This document shows, piece by piece, positions 1-13,514 of a stretch of 64,000 nt of DNA. The translations under genes and the position numbers were made by a program. The stretch's first letter is position 1, and each line of letters starts with the position of its first letter. The DNA comes from Antedon mediterranea (Eukaryota > Animalia > Echinodermata), in the NCBI RefSeq assembly GCF_964355755.1, contig NC_092676.1, positions 20,788,871-20,852,870 on the forward strand, read 5' to 3'. The notes under the pieces are model-generated. The model did not search any database. It was given only the letters and a program-made list of their open reading frames with translations, and was not told where the DNA came from.

Positions 1-3000
1 AAATCTGAAAAAAAAAAAAATAACTCATTTGTTGTAGGCTATGAAGAAAATTATATTTATGCATGCATAATTTAATGTGCTGATGTCAATTTATTCCTGT
101 TATCTTTAATTATGTTCATTTTCAGTATGCATTATTATTATTATTTTACTCGTTGAACATTCTTGTAAAAAACGTTAAATCCCCAGCTCAAATCCACTGT
201 CTTACAAAAACGGAAGTTACTGAAAGAATAGTAAGATTAAGATGATACTTACTTTGTAACTAGTGGTAGTATACCTCGGTACGAATATACAATTCTAACT
301 GTTAAATTATTCTGTTTGATACCTGCTACAAGATTATGTGCGTAACTTATATTCTTTTCTACGTTCAATTTAGAAATCCATATATAAGTATCATGTAGCT
401 CTTTAAACGTCTCGTATGAAGTTCTGTAGCAACTATTTGAAGTGTTTGTTAGACATAAACCGCTTTCGATACTGGCGGCCTCATTGAGCACCATCATATC
501 TATTTTACTACCAACGTCTTGTTCAAAACCAATAGTTTGTGCAAGATTTCCTCTAAAAACAAAGTCGTGTTCATCTATTTCACGTCCACAACTGCTGTTT
601 AGTAGAATACCAGCACTGCCTACAACTGCACAGGTTCCTTGCATAGGAATACTGTCGATACCTTCTGGTAATTTTGTCATTCGTTTTTTCTGTTTGAAGC
701 CATCTTTGTAAATTAGTGTTAATAGAGACGGTTTGAATCCAGCCTTCTGAAGTCGTTTTCTGTAATAGAAATAAAAACATATACATTCTGGGCTTATAAT
801 TGAATTTAAAAAAACTCTAGACAGGCATGTTCAAATTCAGTTGCATACTTTTCGTTCTCTTTGTTAGAAGCAAACCATTTTTATTTAATTCGAACTGTCA
901 ATTTTACATGTAAAATCAGTATAAAAAAAGTATAATATAGTACTTCAATAAAAACACTTCAATATTATTAGTACGAGACTTTGGTCTTTTTGTTTTTCAA
1001 ATCACCCTAAAATCAGACTTTGAATCGGCCATTTTTCACTTTTAATAAAGTTATTCACTTCCTTAAAAAAAAAAACGAACAAAATAATGCATTAATTTAT
1101 TACAATTTACATTACATGTACTGATAATCAATTTGAATATTTTTAATTTTGTTATTTATAGTTATACCTTTTTGTTCTGTTTCAAATTATAATAATAATC
1201 TAGTTTGTGTAATTAATATTCAAATAGATTTATCAAATGAATCCGTATCTTGTAAAAAAGCCACAAAGAGCATTATAATATTACACGGTATACAACAAAA
1301 GAAGGCTGCAATATAAGCGCGTAGGAAAAATGGAAACATCTTTATAGTCAAGTTCTATTTGCAGGAAGGTATAATAGTCTAGTAGGAAATGAGGGTTCCC
1401 ATGCACCCCTGAGGTATATTTTTTTAATGTGATTTTTTATAATCTCAAGTATGTCTAGTAACCAGATCAGGTTGTTAACATTTTCAAATCGTGTCCCATG
1501 GGGTTGTTTTTGACCCATTTAGTCGGCCATGTTGGTTTTAACAAATTAACATTTTTTCGCATTTCTCAGGAACCAGAGGTCGTAGAAATATAATTTTGGT
1601 ACCAAAGTACTCAGTATATGTATGTTTGTATATGCTGTAATGAAAGTTTTTTGTATACAATTACAGGAAGTATGATTTTTGACCTATGACCTTGTTTTTA
1701 AATGGTGTCCATATCTCAAAAACCGGCTGTCATAGAAACTTTAGTCTCAAATTATGCAGAATACCAACATTTATATTCATGGTAATGCAAAAGTTTGTCC
1801 GAAAATGATCGGAAATGATATTTTTGACCTTTGACATAATTTCATTTACATTTTTACACAATTTTGTCCATATTTGAGGGCATTAGCAGTTCTCGATAAC
1901 TAACAGACATAGAAATATAATTTTTGTGTCAAAGTACTCGCGATATGCATTTTTATATTCACACTAATGAAAGTTTTTTGTGAAAAATGACCGGAAGTAG
2001 GACTTTTGACCTATGACCTCAACTTTAAATATTTTCATTATCTCAAAAACCAGTTGTCATAGAAACTTGGTTTTAGTCTCAAATTGTTCAGAATACCAAT
2101 ATTTATATTTATGATAATAAAAAAGTTTGGCCAAAAACGACCGGAAATGATATTTTTTTATCTTTGACATACTCTTTTCTTTTTTGTCAGTACAAATTCT
2201 GTTCGTATTTTGTTAGCATTATCAGTTCTCGATAACTAACAGACATAGAAAAAACATTTTTGTGCCGATCTTTGTTAGTAACAATACACTAGGAAAAATT
2301 CGTTGTTTAGTTATCAACATTCCGACCTTTAACCCTATTGAATGATTTTGTAATGATATACCTTATCATTTTTAATTTTGAGATTAATACATACATACAT
2401 GTATTAATTAATCTTCATTCGAAAGGAGTTCTTCTAGGATGTGACCATCCTCATCTAACTCTTCCTCGTCCAGCTCCTCAGATGTTTTCTCAATCAGATC
2501 AATGAGAGAAGGAGGAAGGACAGCACTTTGTGACCAAATTGGCTCTAATATGTTGTCAGTTTTCTGCCAGCCTTGTTGATGGGTGTGAAATAATCAATTG
2601 TTGATTTTGTTGAGAGTTTGACTACTGAAGTTGCTGAAATGAAGCCACCAAACCCTGGAACAAGTTGATTTCCTTCTTGTTGACATCCAATGAACCGTGC
2701 ATGAAACCAGATAAGATGCTCTTGTGTATACTTGCAGTACACTGTATCGTTAGTTGCAGGTGGTGTAAAAACAGTTGCATCTTGAAATCTGGGTCCAACT
2801 CGACCATACAACTGCACAGGAACAAGGGTTTCTGGTGTTTCAATCATCCGGGACCTTATATTGCTTCGCTCATAAAGAGGTAACAAGCGGTCGTGGTCAA
2901 CGGTATTAAATCCAGGCTTTACCTCTTGTATCATGATCCCGCCTGTGGTATTTACCATATTTGAGCCATGGATGTTTGTGGTAACTTTGTTTAGATTATC

Positions 3001-6000
3001 CCACTCAAGATGGAACACATCATTACCATCACCAGTAATGATTTGTGGAGTAAGGAATATAGAAATTTCATCTACAGCTTTCACCAGTGCTGTTTCAAGT
3101 TCTAAGCTGAAGTCGTATGTCTCACAATGACCCAACCTATTCAGAATAGTTGTCAATTGCTTACTGCGATAGAGATGTCTAATTATGGTACTATAAGGAG
3201 TATGTGCTTCGGCAACTTCCACTTGCCTTTGTCACAGCACGGCATATATCCTAAAATAAATCAATATATATATGACAATATATATACATCAATGTATTGT
3301 GTAATTTTAAATATGCGTCGTGTACAAATAACATACCAATAAACTGTTGCAGAAGGCTTTCAAAGAACATTCAGTTATGATAACTGTTACGTACTGTTAC
3401 GTACTGTAAATTTGTAAGAATAAATTTTAATGTGTCATACCTGGCCAATAGAAAGCACAATACGTCTTGTCTTTTCATTCATGTTCTGCATGTTTTCATC
3501 ATTAGATATAAGTATACTCAAAAAGCTCAAAAGATTTGGTGGAAGAAGTTTATCGGCTGCGTTGATTTCTAAATCACTTGCTGTAGGTGGCCACGGAAAT
3601 GGCTTCATTTCTTTAAAACCTTGTTGTACAGAATTTCGAAGTTGCATCGCCATATTTTCATACTGGTTTTTCAATCCCAGTATATATGCATAACTCACTG
3701 CATCAGCGACAGACAGATTTTTGCTAAAAACAGCATTATAAGTAATACACCCCTTATCACCTGGGTTAACATTTGTAATAGTAATGCATTTGCTTATATG
3801 GTGGTTCTCTAACTGTGCCTCGAGTTTCTCACTTCTATACTCTGGAAGGGAATCCCATTTTCTCTAACTCTTTGACATAGGTATCACGAAGTGATGACAT
3901 TAGCATGACTTCTTGCTGCCCAATTACATGTTCTTGAATAAAATAAATTACACACGTCAATGCATTTAAGCGGGCCTCACCTTTAAGACCATTATCATTA
4001 TCCACATTCAACGACTGGATGTATTTTACATACTTTAGGTTGAATTTTTTTCTGCATGATTGGTGGAAATTGGCGTCGCGGGCAAACAGGTCTTCACCTT
4101 GCACTAAGCAATGTAGGTCATGCATTCCTAGTGCAAGTGACCGAGGCTCAATTTGTTTCCATGTGGGATCTTTAAATACACAATTTTCAGTTTTATAAAC
4201 AGGAAACTTGATGCACCTTTCAGTCTTTCTAGACACTTTCAATTTAGGTTTATTACAAAAAATACACTCTGGTGGAAACAAACTGTTCGTAGTTGATGGT
4301 TGTTTACGATTTGAGCGGGAATTTTGAGCTGCACTAGATGTTGAACTACATTTTAAACGATGTTGGTTAATAATAAAGCGTTGGTAGCAAGCACGATGAT
4401 AACCAATTACATTCAAATCAGTATTTTCGAGATTCTCTGGAATACCTTTACAGACATCCTCCATACGATAAGGAGAATCATAAGGTTCGGTAAGTCGTTT
4501 GTCACGAATAATGTAGCTGATTCAACTTCTCTGAGGCTGATCCCTTGATATCAGTGAGCGGAATAAATTGAAGATGCTCAATACCTTTGACATGTAAAAT
4601 GCAACTTACCGATGGACGCTTCCGAACATTTTCTATTTCATCAATATCAATCTTGCACTTTTTTGAGTTTGACATGATTATTAAACAATAATCTCACAAG
4701 AATACATGTAATTATGTCAATATAATAAAACAACAACAGCTTTTAAACATACTTTTTATCCCAGTAAAATTGAGTAATTATTTCCTGAGTTAGGTGAGAT
4801 TAGTTGTAAGTTTGTTTTAGAACATTGTGGAATATGAAAAGCATTTTCATTGGTTGAAAGTGATGCAGTTTTAAAACAACCTGATTGGTTGGAAGTTAGA
4901 AGATGATGATTGGTTGAAAATATTTTCTTTGGAGCCTTTTTTTTGGCGCATTATAATTAAACTGACAAAAAAGAAAAGAGTATGTCAAAGATAAAAAAAT
5001 ATCATTTCCAGTCGTTTTTGGCCAAACTTTTTTATTATCATAAATATAAATATTGGTATTCTGAACAATTTGAGACTAAAACCAAGTTTCTATGACAACT
5101 GGCTTTTGAGATAATGAAAATATTTAAAGTTGAGGTCATAGGTCAAAAGTCCTACTTCCGGTCATTTTTCACAAAAAACTTTCATTAGTGTGAATATAAA
5201 AATGCATATCGCGAGTACTTTGACACAAAAATTATATTTCTATGTCTGTTAGTTATCGAGAACTGCTAATGCCCTCAAATATGGACAAAATTGTGTAAAA
5301 ATGTAAATGAAATTATGTCAAAGGTCAAAAATATCATTTCCGATCATTTTCGGACAAACTTTTGCATTACCATGAATATAAATGTTGGTATTCTGCATAA
5401 TTTGAGACTAAAATAAAGTTTCTATGACAACCGGTTATTGAGATATGGACACCATTTAAAAACAAGGTCATAGGTCAAAAATCATACTTCTCGTAATTGT
5501 ATACAAAAAACTTTCATTACAGCATATACAAACATACATATACTGAGTATTTTGGTACCAAAATTATATTTCTACGACCTCTGGTTCCTGAGAAATGCGA
5601 AAAAATGTTAATTTGTTAAAACCAACATGGCCGACTAAATGGGTCAAAAACAACCCCATGGGACACGATTTGAAAATGTTAACAACCTGGTCTGGTTACT
5701 AGACATACTTGAGATTATAAAAAATCACATTAAAAAAATATACCTCAGGGGTGCATGGGAACCCCCATTTCCTACTCTACTATAATGCCACCGTGTATTA
5801 TTAACAGTGATATGATTAACATATCCAGTAAAAACGAAAACAAAGACTTACCTCATATCTAATGCTTTACTTTCTTTAATATGATTAATCAATACTTTCC
5901 TACAAAAAAAATATCAAATTGGTCAATGGATTTTTAGTTGAATTTAACCATTTATTTTGTCATTTTACAAGTGAAAACATTATTTTTTTCGTATTTTTTC

Positions 6001-7106
6001 TATGGAAGTGATTAACTTTATTAAAAATACAAAATAACATTCAAAGTCTGATTTAATTAATCTTCATTTTTCATGTTTTTGGGGACAATACATCTTTAAT
6101 GTTGATATTTCCTGTTTTATTGCACAACGCATTTAGAGCTTGCTTTGGTCGCTCATATAAACTTAACTTATTGTTATTATTATAACTACAGTTTACACAT
6201 TATATAATATGCTACCTTAATGTTGATATTTCCAGATTCACGTTGGTGTTTAACAAGCACCTGAAGGTGCCATGTTGTTTCCTAAAATACAAAAATGAAA
6301 AAAAAAAATAAATAAAAAATTGAAATTCAAAGAAAAAATAGTCAAAGTGTCGGTCAGAGAATGGATATTTGGTTTAATTTAGTTGTAATTATTTAGTTTG
6401 TCTTTTTATAAAGAAAATCATGATATTGCCTACGAAAGTGAATAAGAATAGTATACTCAAAGTCCGTGTTGAACAACCGTGTTGTGAGAATTATTATGCA
6501 CATTTCGTTTAGAATTTGTTTATGTGGTAGTGTATTGTGGTAGTGTATTAAAAGATAACATTAGAAATGCATTGAAAGAATTATTAATGTCATCCGGAAA
6601 TATTTAATAGAATCTATTTCTAAATTTATTTAATTTTGTGTATAACAAAATTTATATTAAATAATATTTCATATAATTGTTTTATAACTCGGGTCACTGG
6701 TTAATGGGAAAATGTACTGTTTTAAGTTCTAAGCCACCAAGCCGTTTTATTATTATCATAAACTAAACAATTATACATGAGGTTATATACATTGACAAAG
6801 TTGATTTAAACCATCTAATAACACTATTTTGAAATACAGTATGTTAACAGTACAAGTGAAGCTTTAAATATATAATAAACTTTAGCAAAAAGATACTTTT
6901 GATATAAGATAATGATGTTGATTATTATTAAAATACTAATATTAATCAACAATCCATTTCAACATAATAAACACAACAACTTACGGACTGTTATCGCTTG
7001 AAATGACTGTCCGATGCTTTGCTATGATTTGAAAAATATGGACGGTAACCGCACCCAGTAAAAACCAAGTAAATCTTCGCATTAATATTGACTGTGTTCT
7101 TGCCAT
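1..7106 (-). CDS. ST8SIA: ST8Sia-like alpha-2,8-sialyltransferase (GT29), copy A; last exon runs off the left edge
   Basis: Exons 7106-6985 ([26 protein letters not shown], signal anchor), 6281-6216, 5899-5852, 759-253 (sialylmotif [30 protein letters not shown]) and 4-<1. All introns are GT-AG and phase 2, and the frame is open across the joins. The symbol is family level only. Confidence 0.9.
1375..5782 (-). mobile_element. Academ-superfamily DNA transposon, internally deleted, in intron 3 of ST8 copy A
   Basis: TIRs of about 820 bp (1375-2191 and 4961-5782), termini TAGT...ACTA, 3-bp TSD TAA (1372-1374, 5783-5785). The empty site is visible in the paralog near 37400 (gaaggtataatgccacc). 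Broken ORFs 4464-3835, 3698-3435 and 3222-2545 carry [18 protein letters not shown] and EWDN motifs. Confidence 0.85.
2408..4464 (-). pseudogene. Academ transposase N-terminal part joined by deletion to its acidic C-terminal tail
   Basis: ORF pieces of 209, 87 and 225 aa. After IDYFTPIN a shifted frame reads [40 protein letters not shown]...NED*. Confidence 0.7.
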
Positions 7107-7199
7107 TGTAACTTCCTGCAAGGTGATAACGAAGTAAAAATAATCCTCTAAAGGTGATGACAACCTTTAGAAAAATAGATTTTAGCAGTAATAATATTT

Positions 7200-7465
7200 T
7201 ACGGCAGTGCAAAATTAAGCGAAATCGCGGAGGAAATAAATCCTTAACATAGACCTTAACCGACAGCCTGTTGTGTGTTCACTAAACCGTGAAAATGCGT
7301 TTCTGGTAGAAACTACATTACCAATTGCATTATGGAACAATTTACCGTATATCGTATGTTATGTATGCATTTTATTTGTTCAAACAACATAGTAGAATAC
7401 AGTTAGAAACAGGAAACAACATGGAATAATATGAACGTACAGAGTAGAAACAAAATAATGTTCAA
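7200..7465 (-). promoter_or_regulatory. Conserved 5' flanking block of the ST8 genes (putative promoter or 5'UTR region)
   Basis: Blocks such as cagtgcaaaa.taagcgaaatcgcggaggaaataaa and aatacagttagaaacaggaaacaacat recur upstream of A, B (31583-31855), C (38815-39045) and D (58468-58602 plus 59562-59720). Confidence 0.45.
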
Positions 7466-7694
7466 AATAATTAAATGCGTAATAAAGCTTGGTTCTCAGT
7501 AGAGACGCAATGCGAAGACGCAGATTCTACGCAGGTTTTGCACAGAGAGCAAATAAATGGTACATTATACATTCTATAATCTAATAACCACCAGAAGAAA
7601 ATTTCTCTCCACACACTGATCTTCCACGAAAAGCAGAAAACTGAAATAGATTACAATATTTATGTAACATCTGAATTATAGGCCTATATGTAAC

Positions 7695-7818
7695 CTATAT
7701 AAACACATTAGGCATAGAAAGTTATTTCTAAACCGCCTGGTGATATACTGAAATTTAAGTAATTAATTTGAAACGATAAGATGAGGAGAATGGAAAAAAG
7801 TCGCCTCAACAACCGACA
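7695..7818 (-). mobile_element. 5'-truncated copy of the SINE seen at 28209
   Basis: Reverse complement matches the SINE body (tatcgtttcaaattaatt...cagtatatcacc.ggcggtttagaa...tgcctaatgtgtttatata). A paralogous copy lies at about 39275-39397. Confidence 0.65.
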
Positions 7819-8819
7819 TATAAAATGCCCTTCAATTCAGTTATGCTTTTCTGTTTTTTTCTACAATCCAGATGCAACTTTTAAATAATGAATAAAAATG
7901 TCTAGTTTTATCTTACCTTACTGTTGTTTAAATTAGAATGTTCCCTTCGATTGTTGCATGTTTGAAGTTTAATGAGTGAGGCAAACCAAAATTGATCGAT
8001 CTGAGCCCATTGATAGTATCATATTCTTGGAAAGAAGACTTCGATTTGGTTGTTCTCATGGTCCGTTCATACACTGATCGACAAAACTCAAAGAATAACA
8101 GTAAATGCTTTATTTTATATAGTTGCTTGACATTAATTATGCATGAGATGTTTTCGGATCGATCTGAGCCCATTGACAGTATAATATTCCCGGAAAAAAA
8201 ATATCGATTTGGTTCCCTTGGTCCGTACACACACGGATCTTCGAGAAAACGCCACAAACCCCCCTGTTTTTACTATACAGTAGGCCTACTATAACTTTAT
8301 ATAGTTTCATCATGACATGCAATATTTATAGAGTTATATAATACATGATATTAGTAGATCTTATTCCATTTTGTATCACAGATTTGATTCCTATGTTCCG
8401 TTAGTTTTGTTTAAACTATGTATTTTCCGCCTTCTTATTGTTCCTGTTCTCCTTGAAGTAACATGAATGATCGATTCAAGACAAAAATAAACACTTAAGT
8501 GCGCTCAAATTCCAGTAGTCGCTAGACTGTGCCCTGTAATTATATCAGTAGGCCTAGCTCTTTTTTAAATGTTGTTGATATTTTATACATATGTAGGCTA
8601 TGCAAAGAGTTATACAATGCATGGGATTGATCGATCTGAGCCTATTGTATATAATCAGATTGTTAAAGGCGAGATTAATCCATTTGTTATTGTATTATTC
8701 GAAAGCTCCCACTGGTGGTACGAGGCCTAAAGTTGCATTTATCTTTAATCATATAGTATACACCTAAGTTAATTACTGTACCAAAAACATATCCACTTAA
8801 AACATGGGTTTTCAGGTTA

Positions 8820-9350
8820 TTCTGCTCTTTCTGATAAAGTATAGCTAGTTCGTGCTAGTTCCTATAATAGAGCAGTTTACTAGTTTTTGCTATTACTTTG
8901 CCATTAGCTTTTCAGTTAGGAGCAGTTACTACAGTGGTTTTCTTGTTGTTTCTGGTTACTAGAGGCTTCTTTAGTTTTTTCCTGCTTGCTATATATACAC
9001 CATATTCGTGGCTATATTCTGCTATCTATTGGCTGCATAGATGTTGCTGTATTAAGCACTATAGTTTCTGTTTTAGTCACTTTTGCTATTTCGCCGCTTT
9101 GTAAGTATTGGATAGTAGCAGATAGTTGCTGCTATTTGAGCCTCAGAATTGGGTATTACTTCATAGTTTCTGCTATTTCTTTCTTTATAAAATTTCTGCT
9201 ATTTGACCGTATAGCTATTATGGCTAGGCATATAAGTTACTACTGGCTTAACAATATCACTTTACATTTAAGAGCTGGTTTTTGCTATTTGACCGTTAGA
9301 ATTGGGTAATTACTACATAGTTTCTGCTATTTTTTTCTTTAGGATTTCTA
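8820..9350. repeat. Degenerate tandem repeat (tagtttctgctattt / ctgctatttgaccg)
   Basis: The motif recurs many times here. Homologous arrays lie at about 31880-32500 and 40380-40910, upstream of ST8 genes. Confidence 0.65.
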
Positions 9351-10794
9351 ATTGTAACAGTTATTTGTCTTTTCAAGCTAAATCATAAATTTATGAAATG
9401 ACTCCCAAATATGGGAGTGATATGATATCATCGTGTCAAATTTGTTTGTATCGCATAAAGTTTGATAGCGTACTACAATGTGGTTACTGCTATTGCTAAA
9501 CAGTTTAGAGGTAAAAAGTAGACATAATTATAGAACATAACAATTATTCTCTTAATATTGTTATTTCTCTAACAAAACACTTTGTTTCATGTTATGTTTA
9601 GTTTTATTTGTAGTACAATGGCTTAATTGTTCTGTATATAAGGTTATATTTTAACTTTTTGTATTGTATGGACTGAGTGTACAATCCGTTTGGGCTTTGG
9701 CCTATTCTCACTCCTGGTTATTTTTTCACGCCGCGGCTTTAGCCATATAAACCCCCAGAGGACATAATCAATAAGAAACTGTATCAACGCGAAAGCTATA
9801 TATCTAAGGCAATTTTAATATTTTGTAAACTCGACTAATTGATAGGTCCAAGAGGCTGGACCCAAAAAACGTCTGGGAAAAGAGAGTCTATGAGGGCTCA
9901 CTGTTGAACGATTTTGGATTCTCACCCTTTGATTGGTTGACGCGAATTAACAGACTGCGGAAGAAATTTCTCACGTGTGCCGTTGTCTCTGAGGACTGCT
10001 GCATGCATGTCCTGTTGTGCGTCCTGGTGGTATGTCCATCGCACGTCGGGAAAATAATGTATTGACATTCTTTGAATTAGGTTTTAATAAACATATAATA
10101 TCATATTTGATTGAATTTTACAATGTTGATATACAAAATATATTACTAAAAACCGTAACTTTTAAAGTTCATACAATTGCCTACCGAGGGCGCAATTTAT
10201 TTACTTCGTTCGTGGCTAAAAACGATTATTGTCGGCGATGTTTTGGACCCTATATTTCGAAAAGTCAGATTTTCATAATCCATTCTTTATTTTAATATTG
10301 ATAGACAATATTAACAGGCAATGTATGCTATTAACTTCTAATGTTGCATTGTTATCCCTACATAGCTAGGTAGTAGGTCTATATACTATATATACTAGTA
10401 GTATGTGTGTGAGCCGGGTCTTTAGGGAGTTAATGCTCCTACCCGGGAATATGTATATATACTGTAGTTTAGTTTATGATTATATTTTTTTCAGTAGGCC
10501 AGACTATATTTACACAAAAATGTTTACTACTGATTGTTAAACAAAAATAATAAATCATTATATCTGAAGAAAGAACAATCAAGCGCCGTTTTTTTGTAAG
10601 AAATATTTCTTGTTTATTGTATTATATATGACGTGTATTATTATGTTATATAGTAGTACGGTAACCTAACCCTTAACCTAACCATATATGATACAGACTT
10701 GTGCATGTCACTGCTCCTTAATAATAATAATCAGGAGATATAATACAATATGAATTTAAAAGTTGGAAGCAGGATGTGCAGATAGTGAGCACAC

Positions 10795-13168
10795 AATGAG
10801 CAAACATGGCCAGGGGAAAAGAATAATGGAGATATTGAGCCCATAATGAGCAAACATGGCCAGGGGAAAAGAATAATGGAGATATTGAGCCCATAATGAG
10901 AAAGATGGCCAGGAGAAAGGAATAATTGATATTGAGCACATAATGAGCAAACATGGCCAGGAGAAAAGAATAATGGAGATATTGAGCCCATAATGAGCAA
11001 ACATGGCCAGGAGAAAAGAATAATGGAGATATTGAGCCCATAATGAGCAAACATGGCCAGGGGAAAAGAATAATGGAGATATTGAGCCCATAATGAGAAA
11101 GATGGCCAGGAGAAAGGAATAATTGATATTGAGCACATAATGAGCAAACATGGCCAGGAGAAAAGAATAATGGAGAAATTGAGCCCATAATGAGTAAACA
11201 TGGCAAGGAGAAAGGAATAATGGAGAAATTGAGCCCATAATGAGCAAACATGGCCAGGAGAAAGGAATAATGGAGAAATTGAGCCCATAATGAGTAAACA
11301 TGGCAAGGAGAAAGGAATAATGGAGAAATTGAGCCCATAATGAGTAAACATGGCCAGGAGAAAGGAATAATGGAGAAATTGAGCCCATAATGAGCAAACA
11401 TGGCCAGGAGAAAGGAATAAAGGATATATTGAGCACATAATGAGCAAACATGGCCAGGAGAAAGGAATAATGGAGAAATTGAGCCCATAATGAGTAAACA
11501 TGGCCAGGAGAAAGGAATAATGGAGAAATTGAGCCCATAATGAGCAAACATGGCCAGGAGAAAGGAATAATGGAGAAATTGAGCCCATAATGAGCAAACA
11601 TGGCCAGGAGAAAGGAATAATGGAGAAATTGAGCCCATAATGAGTAAACATGGCCAGGAGAAAGGAATAATGGAGAAATTGAGCCCATAATGAGCAAACA
11701 TGGCCAGGAGAAAAGAATAAAGGATATATTGAGCACATAATGAGCAAACATGGCCAGGAGAAAGGAATAATGGAGAAATTGAGCACACAATGAGCAAACA
11801 TGGCCAGGAGAAAGGAATAATGGAGAAATTGAGCCCATAATGAGCAAACATGGCCAGGAGAAAGGAATAAAGGATATATTGAGCCCATAATGAGCAAACA
11901 TGGCCAGGAGAAAGGAATAATGGAGAAATTGAGCACACAATGAGCAAACATGGCCAGGAGAAAGGAATAATGGAGAAATTGAGCCCATAATGAGCAAACA
12001 TGGCCAGGAGAAAGGAATAAAGGATATATTGAGCCCATAATGAGCAAACATGGCCAGGAGAAAGGAATAAAGGATATATTGAGCCCATAATGAGCAAACA
12101 TGGCCAGGAGAAAGGAATAAAGGATATATTGAGCCCATAATGAGCAAACATGGCCAGGAGAAAAGAATAATGGAGAAATTGAGCACATAATGAGAAAGAT
12201 GGCCAGGAGAAAGGAATAATGGAGAAATTGAGCACATAATGAGAAAGATGGCCAGGAGAAAGGAATAATGGAGATATTGAGCACATAATGAGCAAACATG
12301 GCCAGGAGAAAGGAATAATGGATATATTGAGCACACAATGAGCAAACATGGCCAGGAGAAAGGAATAATGGAGATATTGAGCACATAATGAGCAAACATG
12401 GCCAGGAGAAAGGAATAATGGAGAAATTGAGCACATAATGAGAAAACATGGCCAGGAGAAAGGAATAAAGGATATATTGAGCACATAATGAGCAAACATG
12501 GCCAGGAGAAAGGAATAATGGAGATATTGAGCCCATAATGAGCAAACATGGCCAGGAGAAAGGAATAATGGAGATATTGAGCACATAATGAGCAAACATG
12601 GCAAGGAGAAAGGAATAATGGAGATATTGAGCACATAATGAGCAAACATGGCCAGGAGAAAAGAATAATGGAGATATTGAGCCCATAATGAGCAAACATG
12701 GCCAGGAGAAAGGAATAATGGAGATATTGAGCACATAATGAGCAAACATGGCCAGGAGAAAGGAATAATGGATATATTGAGCACACAATGAGCAAACATG
12801 GCCAGGAGAAAGGAATAATGGAGATATTGAGCACATAATGAGCAAACATGGCCAGGAGAAAGGAATAATGGAGATATTGAGCACATAATGAGCAAACATG
12901 GCAAGGAGAAAGGAATAATGGAGATATTGAGCACATAATGAGCAAACATGGCCAGGAGAAAAGAATAATGGAGATATTGAGCCCATAATGAGCAAACATG
13001 GCCTGGAGAAAGGAATAAAGGATATATTGAGCACATAATGAGCAAACATGGCAAGGAGAAAGGAATAATGGAGAAATTGAGCCCATAATGAGCAAACATG
13101 GCAAGGAGAAAGGAATAATGGAGAAATTGAGCCCATAATGAGCAAACATGGCCAGGAGAAAGGAATAA
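10795..13168. repeat. 40-bp satellite array, about 59 units
   Basis: Consensus TGAGCACATAATGAGCAAACATGGCCAGGAGAAAGGAATAATGGAGATAT-type purine-rich unit read in register. The 40-bp period is visible in the line layout, with 39-bp and 36-bp variants. Confidence 0.97.
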
Positions 13169-13478
13169 TAATAATATCAATTTCTAATCAACTTTCTATG
13201 CGTTTCATGTTATTTTGAGCAGGTAAAAAATTCCCACACGCGCGAATTTTTTTTTTTTTTTTTTGAAAACAATTTTTTTCGCGTGATTTATGTTTTTTCA
13301 GCCTTTTCTAGTAATTTTACCAACTTTTTGAACAATTTCGACTTAAAATTACGTCATACGGGCACATCGAATTGGATAATTTACGTTCTTTTTTGATGAA
13401 AAATTTAAACAGTCGTAGTTTCTAAACTAAACGGTAAAAGTTATTTTTATTATGTATTCTGAAAAGCCAGAAAAGTTA

Positions 13479-13514
13479 GCTAGCTTTCAGGCAACACTAG
13501 CCCTTCATCAGTGC
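13479..13514 (-). ncRNA. Degenerate minimal hammerhead motif in a Penelope-like terminal repeat fragment
   Basis: Minus strand reads GCA-CUGAUGA-A-GGGC(UAGUGUU)GCCU-GAAA-GC-UA-GC. It is the same family as 28491-28527, but stem I is disrupted. Confidence 0.5.

Noticed and set aside
442-711. Plus-strand 89-aa ORF repeated in four places
   Set aside because: It is the antisense shadow of ST8 exon 4.
7928-8322. ORFs of 100-109 aa on both strands (also 39492-39886)
   Set aside because: The region consists of short repeated gatcgatctgagcccattga units with no recognisable domain. Its conservation only reflects the recent duplication.
8898-9309. Hydrophobic small ORFs
   Set aside because: They are translations of a T-rich degenerate tandem repeat.
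10660-10685. Telomere-like taaccctaacc motif
   Set aside because: Only two or three imperfect units are present, a common internal motif of repeats.
10795-13168. Possible CRISPR array
   Set aside because: The repeats are head-to-tail with no unique spacers, there are no cas genes, and the context is eukaryotic.
10718-13180. Three overlapping ORFs of about 800 aa (and about 310 aa at 43089-44056) resembling membrane proteins
   Set aside because: They are an artefact of a stop-free 40-bp satellite. All three frames give the same cyclic peptide and the length differs between twins.
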